Of a stretch of 64,000 nucleotides of DNA, positions 13,631-27,122 are shown in pieces. Source of the stretch: Tubiluchus corallicola (Eukaryota > Animalia > Priapulida); contig JAQGDQ010000295.1 of NCBI GenBank assembly GCA_030141605.1, forward strand, positions 1-64,000. Direction: 5' to 3'. Positions within the stretch are counted from its first letter, which is position 1. Each line of letters opens with the position of its first letter. The position numbers and the translations under genes are program-made. A model generated the notes under the pieces. That model was not told the DNA's origin, made no database searches, and was given only the letters and a program-made list of their open reading frames with translations.

Positions 13631-16600
13631 ATCAGTGCGTTTAAACCAACACTACATCATAGAAATGTTGCTGGGTTACTGCTGTTACTAAGAGCTACTG
13701 TAACTATTCTGTTTTCTTTCTCTCCCTGATGCATGATGAGGATAAGGAGTGATGTTCCGTATTGGCACAAATGGCATGTATGGAATTAGGAACCAAGATA
13801 CCAAGATTTTGAGTGTCTTCGGTTGCATAAACTAAACACAAGGAAGATGAGTGAAGAAAAGACACAGCCGGCTCAAAAGAGCATACCATCAAAAGCAACT
13901 TCAAGGCCAAATACCTCTGGTACTAAATCTAACCAGCCTGCAACCAAGGCAGCAATAGCTCGAACATGATTACTGTAAGGTCGTGAATGTGCTTGCAGAG
14001 TGATCAAAATTAACCAACATCGAGTCAAGTCAGTAACTGGATGTGTGACGGACCGACCGGAAAATATCTTGTGGATGGTTTCACCTATCATATTGTCCTA
14101 TCTATTTATCTTGTTAAGGGAAGATGTGTAGCGCACCCGAATGTCGCTAACAGCTTATCAACGACAACGTTAAGTAGGCCATGCCAACAAATGCTGTACC
14201 GGTCATTTCCGAAAGCTAAGTTTCAAAAACAGCGTAATTAGAGAGGCATGTAAGTAATTATTAATGGCGTAAGAGGCCCAGGGACTAAAAGTTTTGCCAT
14301 GTTTATCTCCTGAGGTAGAGATATATGGCTTCGAATGAAAGAAATATATAATTATTGTTTTATTCAATTTTCTGTATGAATTTGTAATGTTAACGTTGTT
14401 AATGCCAGAAAATTTGACGTATTGAAGCCAGTTCGACATTGTGGCCACTAGTGGAGTTTACTAATTTTAAATTTTCTTGGCAATCTGCAGTACAATGTCA
14501 GATTTCTCAGAAATTCGAAGCAAAGATCGTCTAGTAATAATTATTATATAGTTTATACTCTCCACTGCAATATAACTTTGCAATTTCAATTCATTTGGTT
14601 TCTGAGCAAACTTTTTGCTCCTACGCAGCATAACTGGGATTCGAAACCGCAAGCATTTGACTCAACGACGTAGTGTGTTTTTGGCTCTATTGTTCATCAG
14701 TCATGTGCTGCCATCTGTTCGCAGCTGGCGAAATTTTGAACGCTTTTCGTTTTCTGTTTCGTTTAGCTGTGCAGCTATAGTGCGGCCTCGTAGTGCGTGC
14801 ACAATCTCACAACAAAGATTTTGAAATGAATTCAGTTAAATAGACATACAGACATAGACATGTTTGTTGATCTCTTCTAGTGCACATTCACAAAAAATAC
14901 ACGATTGATTAATCATATAAAATTTGCAACAAAATAAAAGGAAGAAAATACATGTCAAGAAGTGATAAAGTGGGTGCAAGAGAAAGGAGTAGCAAGACAC
15001 CATGTACCCTTCTTAAATTAATAAAATAAAAACTATATGCGCTGCAAAATTACTAGTAAAAGACTGCAAATTAGGTATCAAGAACAACAACAACAAAACA
15101 ATTTTTGTACATTTACAGGTGCATCTTAAATTGTACGCCTTATTTGGATATGTAAATAAATATAATCTCCATATGTAGCTTATAGGGTTTCAGTTTCAGT
15201 TTAAACACAGACTATAGTTTCAGTTAAGGTCTGAAACTATAAAGAAAACTTAAATTCTCGGTGTTTATCTTATTAGTAAGGATAAAATGAATATGACTGG
15301 CTGCTTTACATCATAACTTGAGCATCTGACAGTAACTTAGGGTCGAGAAATGTCTGTTTTGTAAAACTTATAAACAATCACTAGTGCTTTCCAGTCTGAA
15401 TGTTTCCCAAAGCTGAAGGTTCGCTGCCTTCCTCGACCAAATGTAAGAACGGCTTTTGTGAACAGGGAGCAAGAGGAGTGAGCTTTTATTTATTACCATG
15501 ATTAAGTATCGCTAGGAGACCATTCATTCCAGATCTGGAGTTAAGGAACTAATTTTGTTTTTGAGTCTGTAAAGTAAAAACAGGCTACTTTGCCATATGG
15601 TTTGACTTAAGCAAATAGCAGTAAAATAGTGTTTAGATAGTAGACTGTATGGATTTAGTAGTCAAATTGAATAATGTATGTTTCGGTATCACTTTTGAAG
15701 CCATTACAAGACAGTGTGATTATTTTACAAGCCAACAATGCTGCACTGCTATTAAGGCTAAATCAACTAATTCGAGCGCCAGGCGAATTGTTTATTCATC
15801 ATATATTACCCCGGGTGTTGTAAATAATAGCGATTTTGTGTTCTGGCTTATTGCATCATGTTATAATTACAATGCTATGATTGCCGCGTGGCGTACGTAC
15901 GGTGGAGTGCTCTAGTTCGAAACCTCCAGATTTTGACAGGGAATCAGGAGTTCAGGCCACATCGCAATTTTTTGCCAGTTTCTTAGCTAACTCGCTGTTA
16001 ATGCAGTATGTTTCGCAAATTAATGCTTTTGGTGTTCTCCTGACCAAAATACACCTCTGCAGCCACACACGCCTCTGCAAGTCGAATTACGCAATCTTTA
16101 TGGTTATACCTACCTACGTATATCCCGTGTTTTACGTGGGAGTCTTAGATTAACATTACAGGTACGATGCCTGTTGTAGTTGTCTAGCAATTTCCTGTGT
16201 ACAAGATTAGGTTCTATTTGTGTTCAGGCTATTTTTGTGTGATCAAATATACTTCGCTTCGGTTTACAGCGAACTACACCAGGTCTTTGCGCTGCCTGGG
16301 GCTTCTTGATGAGGTAAGTACTTCAGGCTCATTTCACCTGAGGAGAGGCCGAGTTCTGGCATGTTTGAAGGCGTTAAAATCTTGGACATAAAAACGTCAA
16401 ATAACTTGTTTTATGAAACTGAAAAGTCGTTTGCACTCTAGAATTTCCATGTGGTGTTTCATGATAGATGTGGTGTAACCGTTGTGCTGCTCCATTATAA
16501 CTATAGCTATCCTAGGTGTGTTTGACTGGGTAAAAATAACCTTTTTGTGATGCTGAAAATTTGCATGTAACTGCAGGTGTCTCGATTAACACGCGTCGAT

Positions 16601-18347
16601 GAGTCACTGAATAATAAATGTTGGCGTTAAGAGTGCACTGAATCTATTAGAAGTTACTTCAGAGCAACATATGCTCAAGTATCGGGCGCAACTGGTGCTC
16701 CACTTGGTGTCACCATGCCAAAAGGTTGACGTGTCGACTTTCTGAGAGTTCTGTGTCAAAAAGGCTGAAGACTAGGCCATTTGAAATCTAGCAACTACGC
16801 GTTCGCACGAGGATACGGAATGAGTTCTGTTGGCGTTAGAATTGGATCAGTTATTTATCTCTTAGTGACTAGAGTCATGAAAATATAGTGTCTGTAAAAG
16901 TCTGTTTCAGCTACATTGTGCCACAGAGAGCTTGAGTTAGACAAAAAGCAGCAACTACAGTGAAAATAGTGACCAAGCAATCACCAATTCAAGTCACTAA
17001 ATCTGAAGAAGTTGATATTAGTAATTCATTCGCAAAATCCAGAGAAGAGGTTATAGACTTTAGTGTAATGAATTACAGTGAAACTTCAGTATAAACAAGA
17101 CTTGGTGTTCTTATTACTTTGATAATATATGTATGTATTTAGTAGCTTCTAGTCCTGATCGTTTGTATAACACTTTGGTTGGTTTATGATTTTTTACCTT
17201 GTTTATGTATTTCTACAATTGGACAATTTGCCCAACGTTTTCGAATTATCGAAAGCCAGTTCTTTAGCATTTCATTCTTGAGTGTCTCTTTTTCCTGTCC
17301 TTACTGGGAGTGAATGAAGATTGTGTGAAGACGAGGGATATCATCTTGTGTCCTTTTGTTCTAGCAGTTTATCGTTGTTGGCTCTTCAAATAAAGCAGTG
17401 TTTTTTGTGCGGAAATATAGAGTGCTTTTACAGCAGACGTATCCTTGCCCCAGGCATAAGTCATGGTTTTGTGATGAATAGAAAACTAAGACAACAGCTA
17501 TAACTTATACCTTGGCTGAAAAGAAGTTGAAACAACAAGTCTTATGTGTGTATGTGAAAAAATCCAAGATAACAAGTTACATATATAAGTGTTGTCATAA
17601 TTGTGCGTTAAAGACTTTGAGACGTCGCTGTGGTTACGCCTTGTACTAAAAAAGAACTTGAAATGATGTTCATGTAAACTTGTGTTATGGATAACTGGAA
17701 AGATGGGTTACTCCTGGCATGTATGAAAAAGCAATGTTCAACTTGCATCTTGTGCTACACATAATTGAATGTGTGTTTTAATTTCCTCATCGGCATTGGA
17801 GAAAACTCGAGACCTTTGTTTACTACTGAACTTAAAGCGGGTTATTTAATTATACCTTGTACATAACAGTAGTCACAATATTACATTAGGTCATTTATAC
17901 TTTGTGCTGTACAGAACTATGCCAACAAATTACTTTTTCCACTTGGACTTACATCAAAATATTGTTCATACCTTGTGGTTTTGAAAACTTGAGCTAACAT
18001 ATAACTTCAAACGAACTTGAAACAACTGTGGTTACTTAAGTGTTCTGATGTAGGGAACTTGGAACTTTCACTATAAGAACTGTGAATAACAGGCTACATA
18101 AATTATACCAAGCTGTGCTGTAGTTAAAAAGCAGCTTGCTGGTATTTGCTTTGAAAAAAAATTGTGATAGCACTCATAGCAGGGAACATCTCTTGTACTG
18201 CAGAAAACTTGCTACAAAGTGACATTGCCCATACATTGTGTTAAGAAGAGTCTTGGCGCAATAGCTAGCTTATTCCTTACTGCTGACGTCAATTGAAAGC
18301 TTACCCCTGAAAGCGTCTGATGTGAACATATTTTCTTGCATCCAGAG

Positions 18348-18538
18348 ATGTTCTCGTCTAGCGACATTGGCGCATTGGCTAAACGGCTTGCGAGCAGCGG
18401 CAGTGACACTGATATTGACAACAGCGATGTCGATGAGTGTGAGCAGGAAGAAGAGGAAGAAACTCCTTTGGGAGACAAAATCTTTGAGGCTCTGGCATCT
18501 AATGTTGTGTTGCAGAGTTTCAGAAGTAAACTGAACAA
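18348..18538 (+). CDS. EVI5: Candidate alternative first coding exon of EVI5 (MFSSSDIGALAKRLASSGSDTDIDNSDVDECEQEEEEE...SKLNK)
   Basis: ATG-initiated, protein-like acidic ORF ending AAC AA|gtaggt (phase 2), in frame with the acceptor at 26867. Confidence 0.6.
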
Positions 18539-21500
18539 GTAGGTTTTAATTTCCTTTTTTTGTAATAAAAAGAAATGCATGTAACTTCTGATTTGCTTCC
18601 AAGGACAAAAAAAGAGAAGTGTATATTTTATTATGTGTGTGTTAGTTGTATTGTAGAATCCATGGATTTTTGCATTTGTCTGTTCATTCGTTCATCCACT
18701 TAGGCATTCCCAGGAAATATATTTGTGAGACCACTTGCTTTGTGCAAGCCAACTTGGCATAAATACCTTCTACTTATGGTCAGAATGGTCATTATGTTAA
18801 TGTTATGTACTCCACTGACCAGTTGAACTTTGGTGCATTGCTAAAATTTGTTTGCTCGCTATTTGCTCCAAAACTAGGGCTAAAATCAATATTTGATATG
18901 TGGCTTGGTGAGGACCAGTGTGCACGGAAGTCTAATGGTTATTTTCACGTGCTTTTCACTTCACCAGTTTTCTATACACCAAGTAAATTGTGGAAAGGCG
19001 ACGATTTCACGCTTACAGTAAGCTGGATAACGGCCACTTAACGACCAAATCATTGAAATCAGTCAAAACCACATGGAATATGCATCAAACTGTTTTTGAG
19101 TGTAAGGTTTTCACGTGTGCAGAGTTTCATATTTTGCTATTTAGCAGCATGCAAGCCAACCCCTACGGTTCAAATTGATGTTTCTTATTCCTTTTTTTTA
19201 TTTTATTGCTCATGCCAATATAGAAAAAAGCCTTTTCAAAAAAGTTCCTTTGCTTTTATCCAAGATGATCCCAGGAATTAATAAGTAACTTCCTATTTTT
19301 ACTGCTTCGCTTTCTTTTCTCAGTTGCTCATGCCTTTGAAAATACCTTTCCAAATCTCATGTTGGCTTAACTAGTTTTCCTGCATTATCATCATGGCCAA
19401 TGGCAATACAGTTATTCTTGACTGACTCCACAGTAAATCTGGGCTGGACCGCTATGAGAAATATGCAGGTATTTCACCTGATTTCCAGAACCTGGCAGGA
19501 TTATAAGTTAAGAAGTATTAGCTCATTCGTGTTGTGCTTTTGAGGTGTTTGATTGCAGTTTTTCAGTCATGCTCAACGTTGGTATTTTCCTGCATTTTCT
19601 TTTGCGTGCACAGCGCTGGCTAGTGTTGGGTGTGTGTGTTTTAATCATAGTATTATAAAAAGTCAGTTTCGCTTTTCAAATCTTCATGCAGCTTTGGGCC
19701 GCTCGAGATTTTAGTTCGCAGTTGATTGCTGTTGAATTTAAAACTGTTATTGAGCTTGCTTACGGAGATGATTTTCCGTGCCCTTTACTGTGATTGGATG
19801 ATTCTGATTTTTGACGAAAATTAAGTTTGTTTATTGGCAATAAAACGCGCGGCTGACAGTATCAGCTGACTCAGCGGTGAATTCAACCACCTTTCGAATC
19901 AAAGCATCGTAAAGCAGCACTGAAGACAAAATACGATTGGGTGTCAAAATGTAGTTCAGATATTGTTGATAATCATATATTCAGAAACTGACGATAAGCT
20001 TTGTACAGGCAAAAATAAGTTGTTTTGGCATGACGTCACTATTATCTCTAGTGCATTTAACAATGCACGTGCGCATGCGGTAAAACTCAAACAAAATGTT
20101 ACTGTATCAAAATTTTTGCGTAATAGCGTAATAGCGATTTACATAACTTGCACCACCCCACAAGTTCAATTGTATTCTTTGGAAAACATAAAGTGAGCAT
20201 TGCTTTGAACGGTACTAGGTAACCTGGTCGTGAAACATTTAAAAAGCAAGAAAGATGAGAAATCTGCAAATTTAGTCATGTTGTAATAATAACGAGTAAT
20301 ATAAGAGACGTCACGCTAAAATTTTCCCTACGCTGCACCTCGTTACTAATTTTTGTTTCGTCTAACGCATATAGCGGATTGAAATACTTGATGAAAAAAC
20401 TGTGATTTGAGCTTAAGATAAAAGTGCCTTCACCGCTGCTTTAAACACACCAATTGTTTAATAATAAATATTTACACGCGGGGTGCAAGATTCTCAGGAT
20501 ATTCAAAAATTAATAATGTTTCCACTTGATTATTTACTTTGTATATTGAACGTTATTAGTTATTAATTAACAGAAACTGAGCCGTTTGCTTGTTTAGTAG
20601 AGTAAAAGTAGTCACTATAAATTAGATAAAAAAGTGTTATTCACTGTGTTTTTAAACGCGAACCAACAAATGACACAGCATTAAAGGTTATGTTTGCAGT
20701 TGTTCGTAGATGTCACTAGTTGTCCGTGTTCTGAAAAGCAAAACTGCATCGCCTGGCGTTGCACGTAAAATAGAATGTTTTTTAAGAAACGTAAAAAGGC
20801 GGAAATAAAGTTGTTCTTTGGTTGAATTGTAGGCCATTATTTAATATTTTACTTGCATTCTTCAACATAAACTCAACTAGAAGCAGAACAGAAAAGCAGC
20901 CTTTATTATTTATAGTAATTATTTAGTTCGTGACTTTAAAGCATTTCATAAATAAAATCCACTGTTTAATGAATATCTATGTTGACACTTTTTCAGTTAT
21001 TGGCTAAGTAAACAATCGTACATTTGTAAGCCGTTTACTATATAATTCGATCATTCAAATATTACACAAACAACTACAGTAGCTGACAAAACGTTTTAAT
21101 CGTATGTCTTAACAAACGTCTTGAACAGTTTCTTTTATGTTCCGAAATTTCTTAGGCTCTCCATCTTTTATTTACGTTCACCCGCCGTCTTTGTGAAACT
21201 CGCACAAAGCCAGTAAAAATTTTATTTTATTTCTTGCATTAAACGCTTGAAACTCCCCGTTGATCCTGTGCCTAATGTCATTCGTAGGAATTTGCTTGAA
21301 TGCTTGCGAGAAATTCATCGTTTCCGTCGGACCGCGTGGGGACGGCTTTTGTTGCAAGAAAAGTTTAGTTAATGTAGAACATTTTCGTGTGAACGCCTGT
21401 TGTAAGCGTGTCTAAATTTTCCTACATTCGCATTTTTGCAGAACGACCATTTTATTACAAATAACATGTACAGTAGTTAAAAATATCCAATTTGTCTGAA

Positions 21501-22532
21501 ATAGCGTTGCAATTTTGACTGTTTTTTCGTATTTTCTTACATTGTGCTATTATCAGATGTGATTAAGCAGGGCCAACGTAGCTTCTACTGTTAGTGTGAA
21601 CGCAATTTACCTATTCTTAGTGTGCACAGGCTTTACCTTGAAGCATCGGGTAAACAGTAACCGTGATCAAAAGCTTAAACTTTCGCTGATACAAGAATTT
21701 GCCGGAATCCGTGTGAGAACTTGGTGGGGAGAAGTGAAAACAATTCTACAGTTGTTTCCTGTTCTCTTGCATTCTAATGAAAGTAAACCATTGTTGGTAT
21801 GTTAAACTGGTATTGGCTGTGCTTCAAAGTCTTTCCTTTCAGAGGTCATTAGGGTAGCACATTGCAACTGAGTCGGACAGCACTCAGATTCACTGTTCAT
21901 GTACGTTTCTTACCAAGCTTTTGCGAGCTCTCGATTTGTGTGTGTAGATTGATCACTAAAGGAAGAAATCAGTGATCAATGTTTGATTGGTTTTGATACT
22001 CATGCGTTTACAGCTAAAGATTAAAGTTCGCGCGATAATGGTCCAGGGATGGCTAAAATCACGAAATGTTATTTACTGAAGAGTCAACTACAGTTTGATT
22101 TCAAACTAGACTTGCTGTTGCTAAATAGAGCAATGAATATAAATGTGTGTTTGTGAATGCCCGCATTACAAGCCAATAATGTGGTTTCCGTAAGTGTTTG
22201 GTTCATGTACTAGAGTTGGTATCTCATATCGGTTTTTTTTCTGAAATTCATTTTGAACTGAATTTTTAATTTCAACAGTTTATTGGTTTGTCAAAATTGA
22301 AACGATTTGACAAAAATGCGGCTTAGTTTACACATTGTGCGCGTACATGGAGAATGTGCATCTGTTTTGTTAGGAATTGGCATTATACGCGTGAACTTAT
22401 TTCAAAAGTACGTGCGAGTCTTTAAGGTAGTTTGAAGTTTAAAGATGCGCTAGCTACTGTTGGTTCAATTGAAAATTGTAGATGGCATTTGTGCAGTTCT
22501 TGCGAATATGTATCTTTCGCGTCTGTGACGCA

Positions 22533-22731
22533 TTAAGTGGCGTTTATCTAACATCCGTATGCGTATGCGGAACAGATAAAATCGGTTTATATTGTTTTCA
22601 ATGTACCTGTTTATCAGACCTGCGTTATGTGTTATATTTCTGCAGCTATTTCCTATTGATTTTTTATTCCGCAGCTATTCCGCAGGTGGACAACGCATAA
22701 CGCATACGGATGTCAGGTAAACGCCACTTAA
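22533..22731. mobile_element. About 200-bp MITE with TTAA-bounded inverted repeats of about 30 bp
   Basis: ttaagtggcgtttatctaacatccgtatgcgt ... acgcatacggatgtcaggtaaacgccacttaa (2 mismatches). Confidence 0.8.
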
Positions 22732-24537
22732 GTATAAAAACAGGGGAAAAAATTTTGAAAGAAAATCTAGAACCTATCATAGCTGCCGAGATGGTATTAT
22801 GGCAGTTTTAAAAGCTTTTTGACGTTTTAAAAGACGGAATTGCAATTCTGAACACCAAAATTAATGTTTTTTTTGCATTGATAGCCTACATGGACACCCA
22901 GTGAACCCTGTTTATAGCCAATATTTACAAGTCAAAGCGAAGTAAATTTATGGCGTGTAGGCGAGGTCTATTAATTCAAGTAGTACTTCACTTACATTAC
23001 TCTCTGAGGTACAGTGACTGCTGTAACCTTGCCCTCGGTAGCTCTTATTTATTGACAGAATTCGGTTGCAGAACCTCCAAAGTGGACAACGGCGTTTCAG
23101 TGTTTGACTATAACACTGTAATCCATGGCAGAACTGAGCATGTGAAACTGCACAGTATGCATATGTGTATTAATTAGTGGAAGGATTGATTCTAAACATA
23201 GACATTGTGTGAGCTTAAATAGAACAAATGTATTTTGTGAAGTTTCTGGAACTGCTTTTGGTCGAAACGCAATATATATCATCTTTATTCGCATATTATA
23301 ATGCAATACATTAAATTGTTGTATAGTACATTACAATGTTGTATGTAAATTAATAAAGTAGATAATGCGCCGGTATACAGAACTGAAACTGTCATTTATA
23401 CGCGTGAAAATATGTCTATATTGCGTCTTTCGATGAAATTTGTTTGGCGCAGTCGTTTCTGCATGTGCGAACGCTTTTTGTTGCAATGTGAACTCATTCA
23501 TTAGTTTGAGACTCAACAGGTGGCGTTCTTGTCTTTCTGTGATGTAGGTAACGGGCTGGTATTCAGAACCAAAAGTGTGATAATTTTATTCGCGTAAAAT
23601 GACTGTCTTGTTTGGGTTGCAGCAAGAGTGTACAGTCGTCTCTGTGTATGTGAACGTTTTTTTTACCGCAGTGTGAACGCAGTCCTTGTTTCAGTGGCGT
23701 TCTGTCTTTCTTTGGTGTATGTAAAAACCACGTTTTTATATTTCAAGTTTGGCTTTCTTACAGTTTAACTGTTTAATTTCTTTGCAAGGTTTTTAGTACT
23801 TACAATAAATTAATAAACACATTGCCGCATTGTGTGTCGTCCGCATGGGGTCTTTGTACCAAAACTGGTTGTATTTTTGACCAAAAGTACACATACCTAC
23901 ACCCTCGGGCGTTACTGTGCGTATAATTTCGCTGCCTTCATACCTGTATCAACAGCTATGTGAAAAATTCGTGCCGTGGTGAAATCGCCGTTTTAACTGG
24001 TCGTTTTATGACTTCTAGCTTTTTGTCGACTTTCAAGTGCGGTGTTAAAACGTTTAGTTTAAACGCGTTTTTGCCTTGGATAGATTGCGCTTATGAATCT
24101 CTACAAGTGAGCAAATATTCAAGCGCTCATATTGTTGAAATGTTCACGTGAAGTGTCTAAATTCTGTAGTGATGGTGTTGCTCTTGGTTGCGATCGAAAT
24201 ATAAAATGTCTTCGTAATTTTTTAAACTCTCGCGTACCTTACCTAGATAATATTTAGGTAATAAAGCAGAACTTCATTTTCACTTTGCGTTTATTTTGCT
24301 ACCGTTCAGCTATTTTATCGAGTGTTCATTTGTTCAAACTATAGTGTCGTGATCATCTGAACTAGCAGACATATGCCATTAACCAGGGTGAATTATCTAT
24401 GCTGTCTGGGAGTCATGTGAATCATTGAGTACAATATCAATGATAGCAGTGGTTCATTAACTACTCTCTACTGTGATTGTTGAAAACGTTTCTGGGATGT
24501 GGTGACGTCATCAGCGGTCAATGTCAATTATACTGTC

Positions 24538-24683
24538 ATGTCGATAGTCGAATCGGACGACGGTTGCTGTTGGTTCGTCGATACCGCCGACGCTGGTGGT
24601 CCGTCGTTGACAGATGACGATGATGTTATTGATGATGACGACGACATTTTTGTGAGTTCAAGAACCGACAGAACGCCCATCAG
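24538..24683 (+). CDS. EVI5: Candidate alternative first coding exon of EVI5 (MSIVESDDGCCWFVD...DDDDVIDDDDDIF...TPIR)
   Basis: gtcATG start, GC-richer island, ends ATC AG|gtaatt (phase 2), in frame with the acceptor at 26867. Confidence 0.6.
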
Positions 24684-24952
24684 GTAATTATTGACGAGAA
24701 TTTAGGATTTGCAGTCGTCTGAGTCATTATGTTACAAAACACTGGCGTTCCACAAAGAATAGGCACATTGGCGTGCTGTTGCTATCAGAAATCTGTTGAA
24801 TATCAGCATTAATTTGTCTGCTAAGTTTTATCAAGTTGTTAAAACTGAAGCATTTCTAGTGCATCAGATTTCATGTTCTAGCTTCCGGCCAGGGGGCCAC
24901 AGAGCTTCCGTTCTTCTGGTTTAGTTAAGAAGTTTTGGACTTACAGTTAGCA

Positions 24953-25004
24953 TTACTAACTACAGTGGCATAAGTCAGTTACTAACTACAGTGGCATAAG
25001 TCAG
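24953..25004. repeat. Perfect 26-bp tandem duplication
   Basis: ttactaactacagtggcataagtcag x2. Confidence 0.9.
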
Positions 25005-25599
25005 TATTATTAAACTCGTGATAGAAAGTTATGCACGTATAATTCGTATAATGATAGTTGTATTCAGAAGTACTAGTATGCATTTTGTCATTATGCTCAA
25101 TTTGCATGTGATATAAAATGAAGTTTTGCGCCTAGTGCATTTTCTTTAGGCCATAAATCAATTATTGCCTTATTGAAGGCATGATATTGCGAAAGTATGG
25201 GTAATATATATTATATATATGTGTGTATTGGTAATCAATATAGCGCACTCTATCAGAGCCGCTATGATGTGTCAGTTTATATCGATCAATTTGATTGCCA
25301 TCTGGGCAGTCTGTCTGAAGGGCATCAATGGAATTTAATCATTTAATTGTACGCAGCCAGTTTACTTTTGTGTGTGGCCAGGTGCTGGTTGAAATATACA
25401 ACAGTAAACGTGTTAAAAATGTACAGTGTACCGATATGCTTCGCTGGATAAAACATTCGTTAATTGGTTAGGTACAAGTTATTATTCTGATGACATATTT
25501 AGTACAATTAGTTGAATTTGTTAATTTAACGCCAACAAGAACTTCTACTGCGGGCGGGGAGGTTGCTTAAACTGCGTGAAATGTAGGTCCCACCCTTGA

Positions 25600-25900
25600 A
25601 TTTCTGGTTTTCTTGTCAAAGTCGTGTTTATTTCGGTTACCATGGATCTTAGAGGCCGCGCCGTAAAGTCTTCTCTCATTTAAAAGTCTAAATGCATTTT
25701 TGTGTACCTTGTTGTAAGACCTGAAGTGTGTTGCACCTGTCGAAACCTGTTTTCTGGATAACTCCTCGGTGGTTGATGTGGTTCCTCTTGACACGGATAC
25801 CCCAAATCCGCACGCAATCCGATCTCCAAAGTAAACGTTCCACTACTTTCATTTTCTTCGACCCAGATTTGCTATTTGCTAAACTAGAAGTCTTTGTTGA
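25600..25900 (-). mobile_element. Degenerate CR1/L2-like LINE fragment
   Basis: Frameshifted CVRIWG...VIQK then SYNKVHKNAFRLLNERRLYG resembles the CR1 motifs CVQFW...VQRRA...SYEERL...LEKRRLRG. Confidence 0.35.
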
Positions 25901-26866
25901 TTTTCATTTATTGTGACATTTGCAGTTATCTTTCTTGGTTAACTGGACGTTGTTGTTTATGGCCGACAGCTCAGTCACATGTTTATGTATTTATATTTTA
26001 TTTTACATAAATGCACTAAAGCAATACTAAATTGTAAAAAAAAAACTGAAAAATTTTGCACCTCCATTGGAACTTGAAGCCAAGATTTCTGCTTTCCAGA
26101 CAACTATGTTTTGCACTTCACTGCAACATTGAATTTTTCACTATGTTTATGAAGCTAAATACTGTAAGAATTATTGTAGGAATTTAGGAAATGAATGTAC
26201 ATGTTTTAAATGTGTTCCATGATATAACGGTGCTACAGTGACGTTCTAGCATGTAAATGGAAAATAAAATTTACTAATAAGGTAGTAAAACTGATTTGAC
26301 CTAACACTGTTAGTTATTAAAAAGCAATAACCTAATTGATAATTGTAAGGGTGAAGAGTTAGCTTTAGATTTAGTCTGTGGATAATTTGACTGAAATTTA
26401 TAAATATTAATCAGTATAATTGCATGTTTAATGTTAATCTGTCGTTAATTTCATTTTAATGCGTTTCTATGGTTGTACTGAGGGCAACCAAATTATGTTT
26501 GTGCTGTAAAATTAATCGAACTCAACAATGACTGCATTTGACTTGGTTTATTTTGTCTAACACTCTCTGGTTTTTGCTTTATTTTGGTAAATGAAAGGAA
26601 AAGGTAATCACTAGAAGGTCCAGAACACTTCACTTGATAAATTGTTTGGTTGAAATGATTATGTTGTAAAAAAATGTTCACCACATGCACAATTTAATCT
26701 GTTCTTCTGTGTGTAAGTTTTGATCACTTCAGAAATTTATAATCACTGACAAATGTATTTATTTCCTTTACTTATTACTTATTTAATACCTTGTTCCAGA
26801 ACACTGAATTTTATTTTATGCCTTTTGCCAGGCGATGTTAATTGATAAATATTTGTTTTATTTCAG

Positions 26867-27122
26867 GCTACTGGAGACAGATGTGAAGTCGATGTCTGGG
26901 CTGTCTACCCACTCCACCCATTCATCGACGCGGTCTTCTACCCATTCTCGCCATAGCAGTAGTGGATCGGTGATCTCGTCCAACTCTATCCAGAGCCATG
27001 TCAGCAATCCAGCTACCGAGGACGAGATGGCGGCCAATCAAGAGCAAGACTCATGGCTCGTGTGGGGTCAGGTGGTCAATGACTGGGAGACATATGCAAA
27101 AAAGAAGCCTGCTGTGATTAGA
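26867..27122 (+). CDS. EVI5: EVI5 first shared coding exon (Ser-rich segment, pre-TBC helix)
   Basis: tttcag|G CTA CTG GAG ... ATT AGA|gtaagt; starts phase 2, ends phase 0. Confidence 0.93.
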
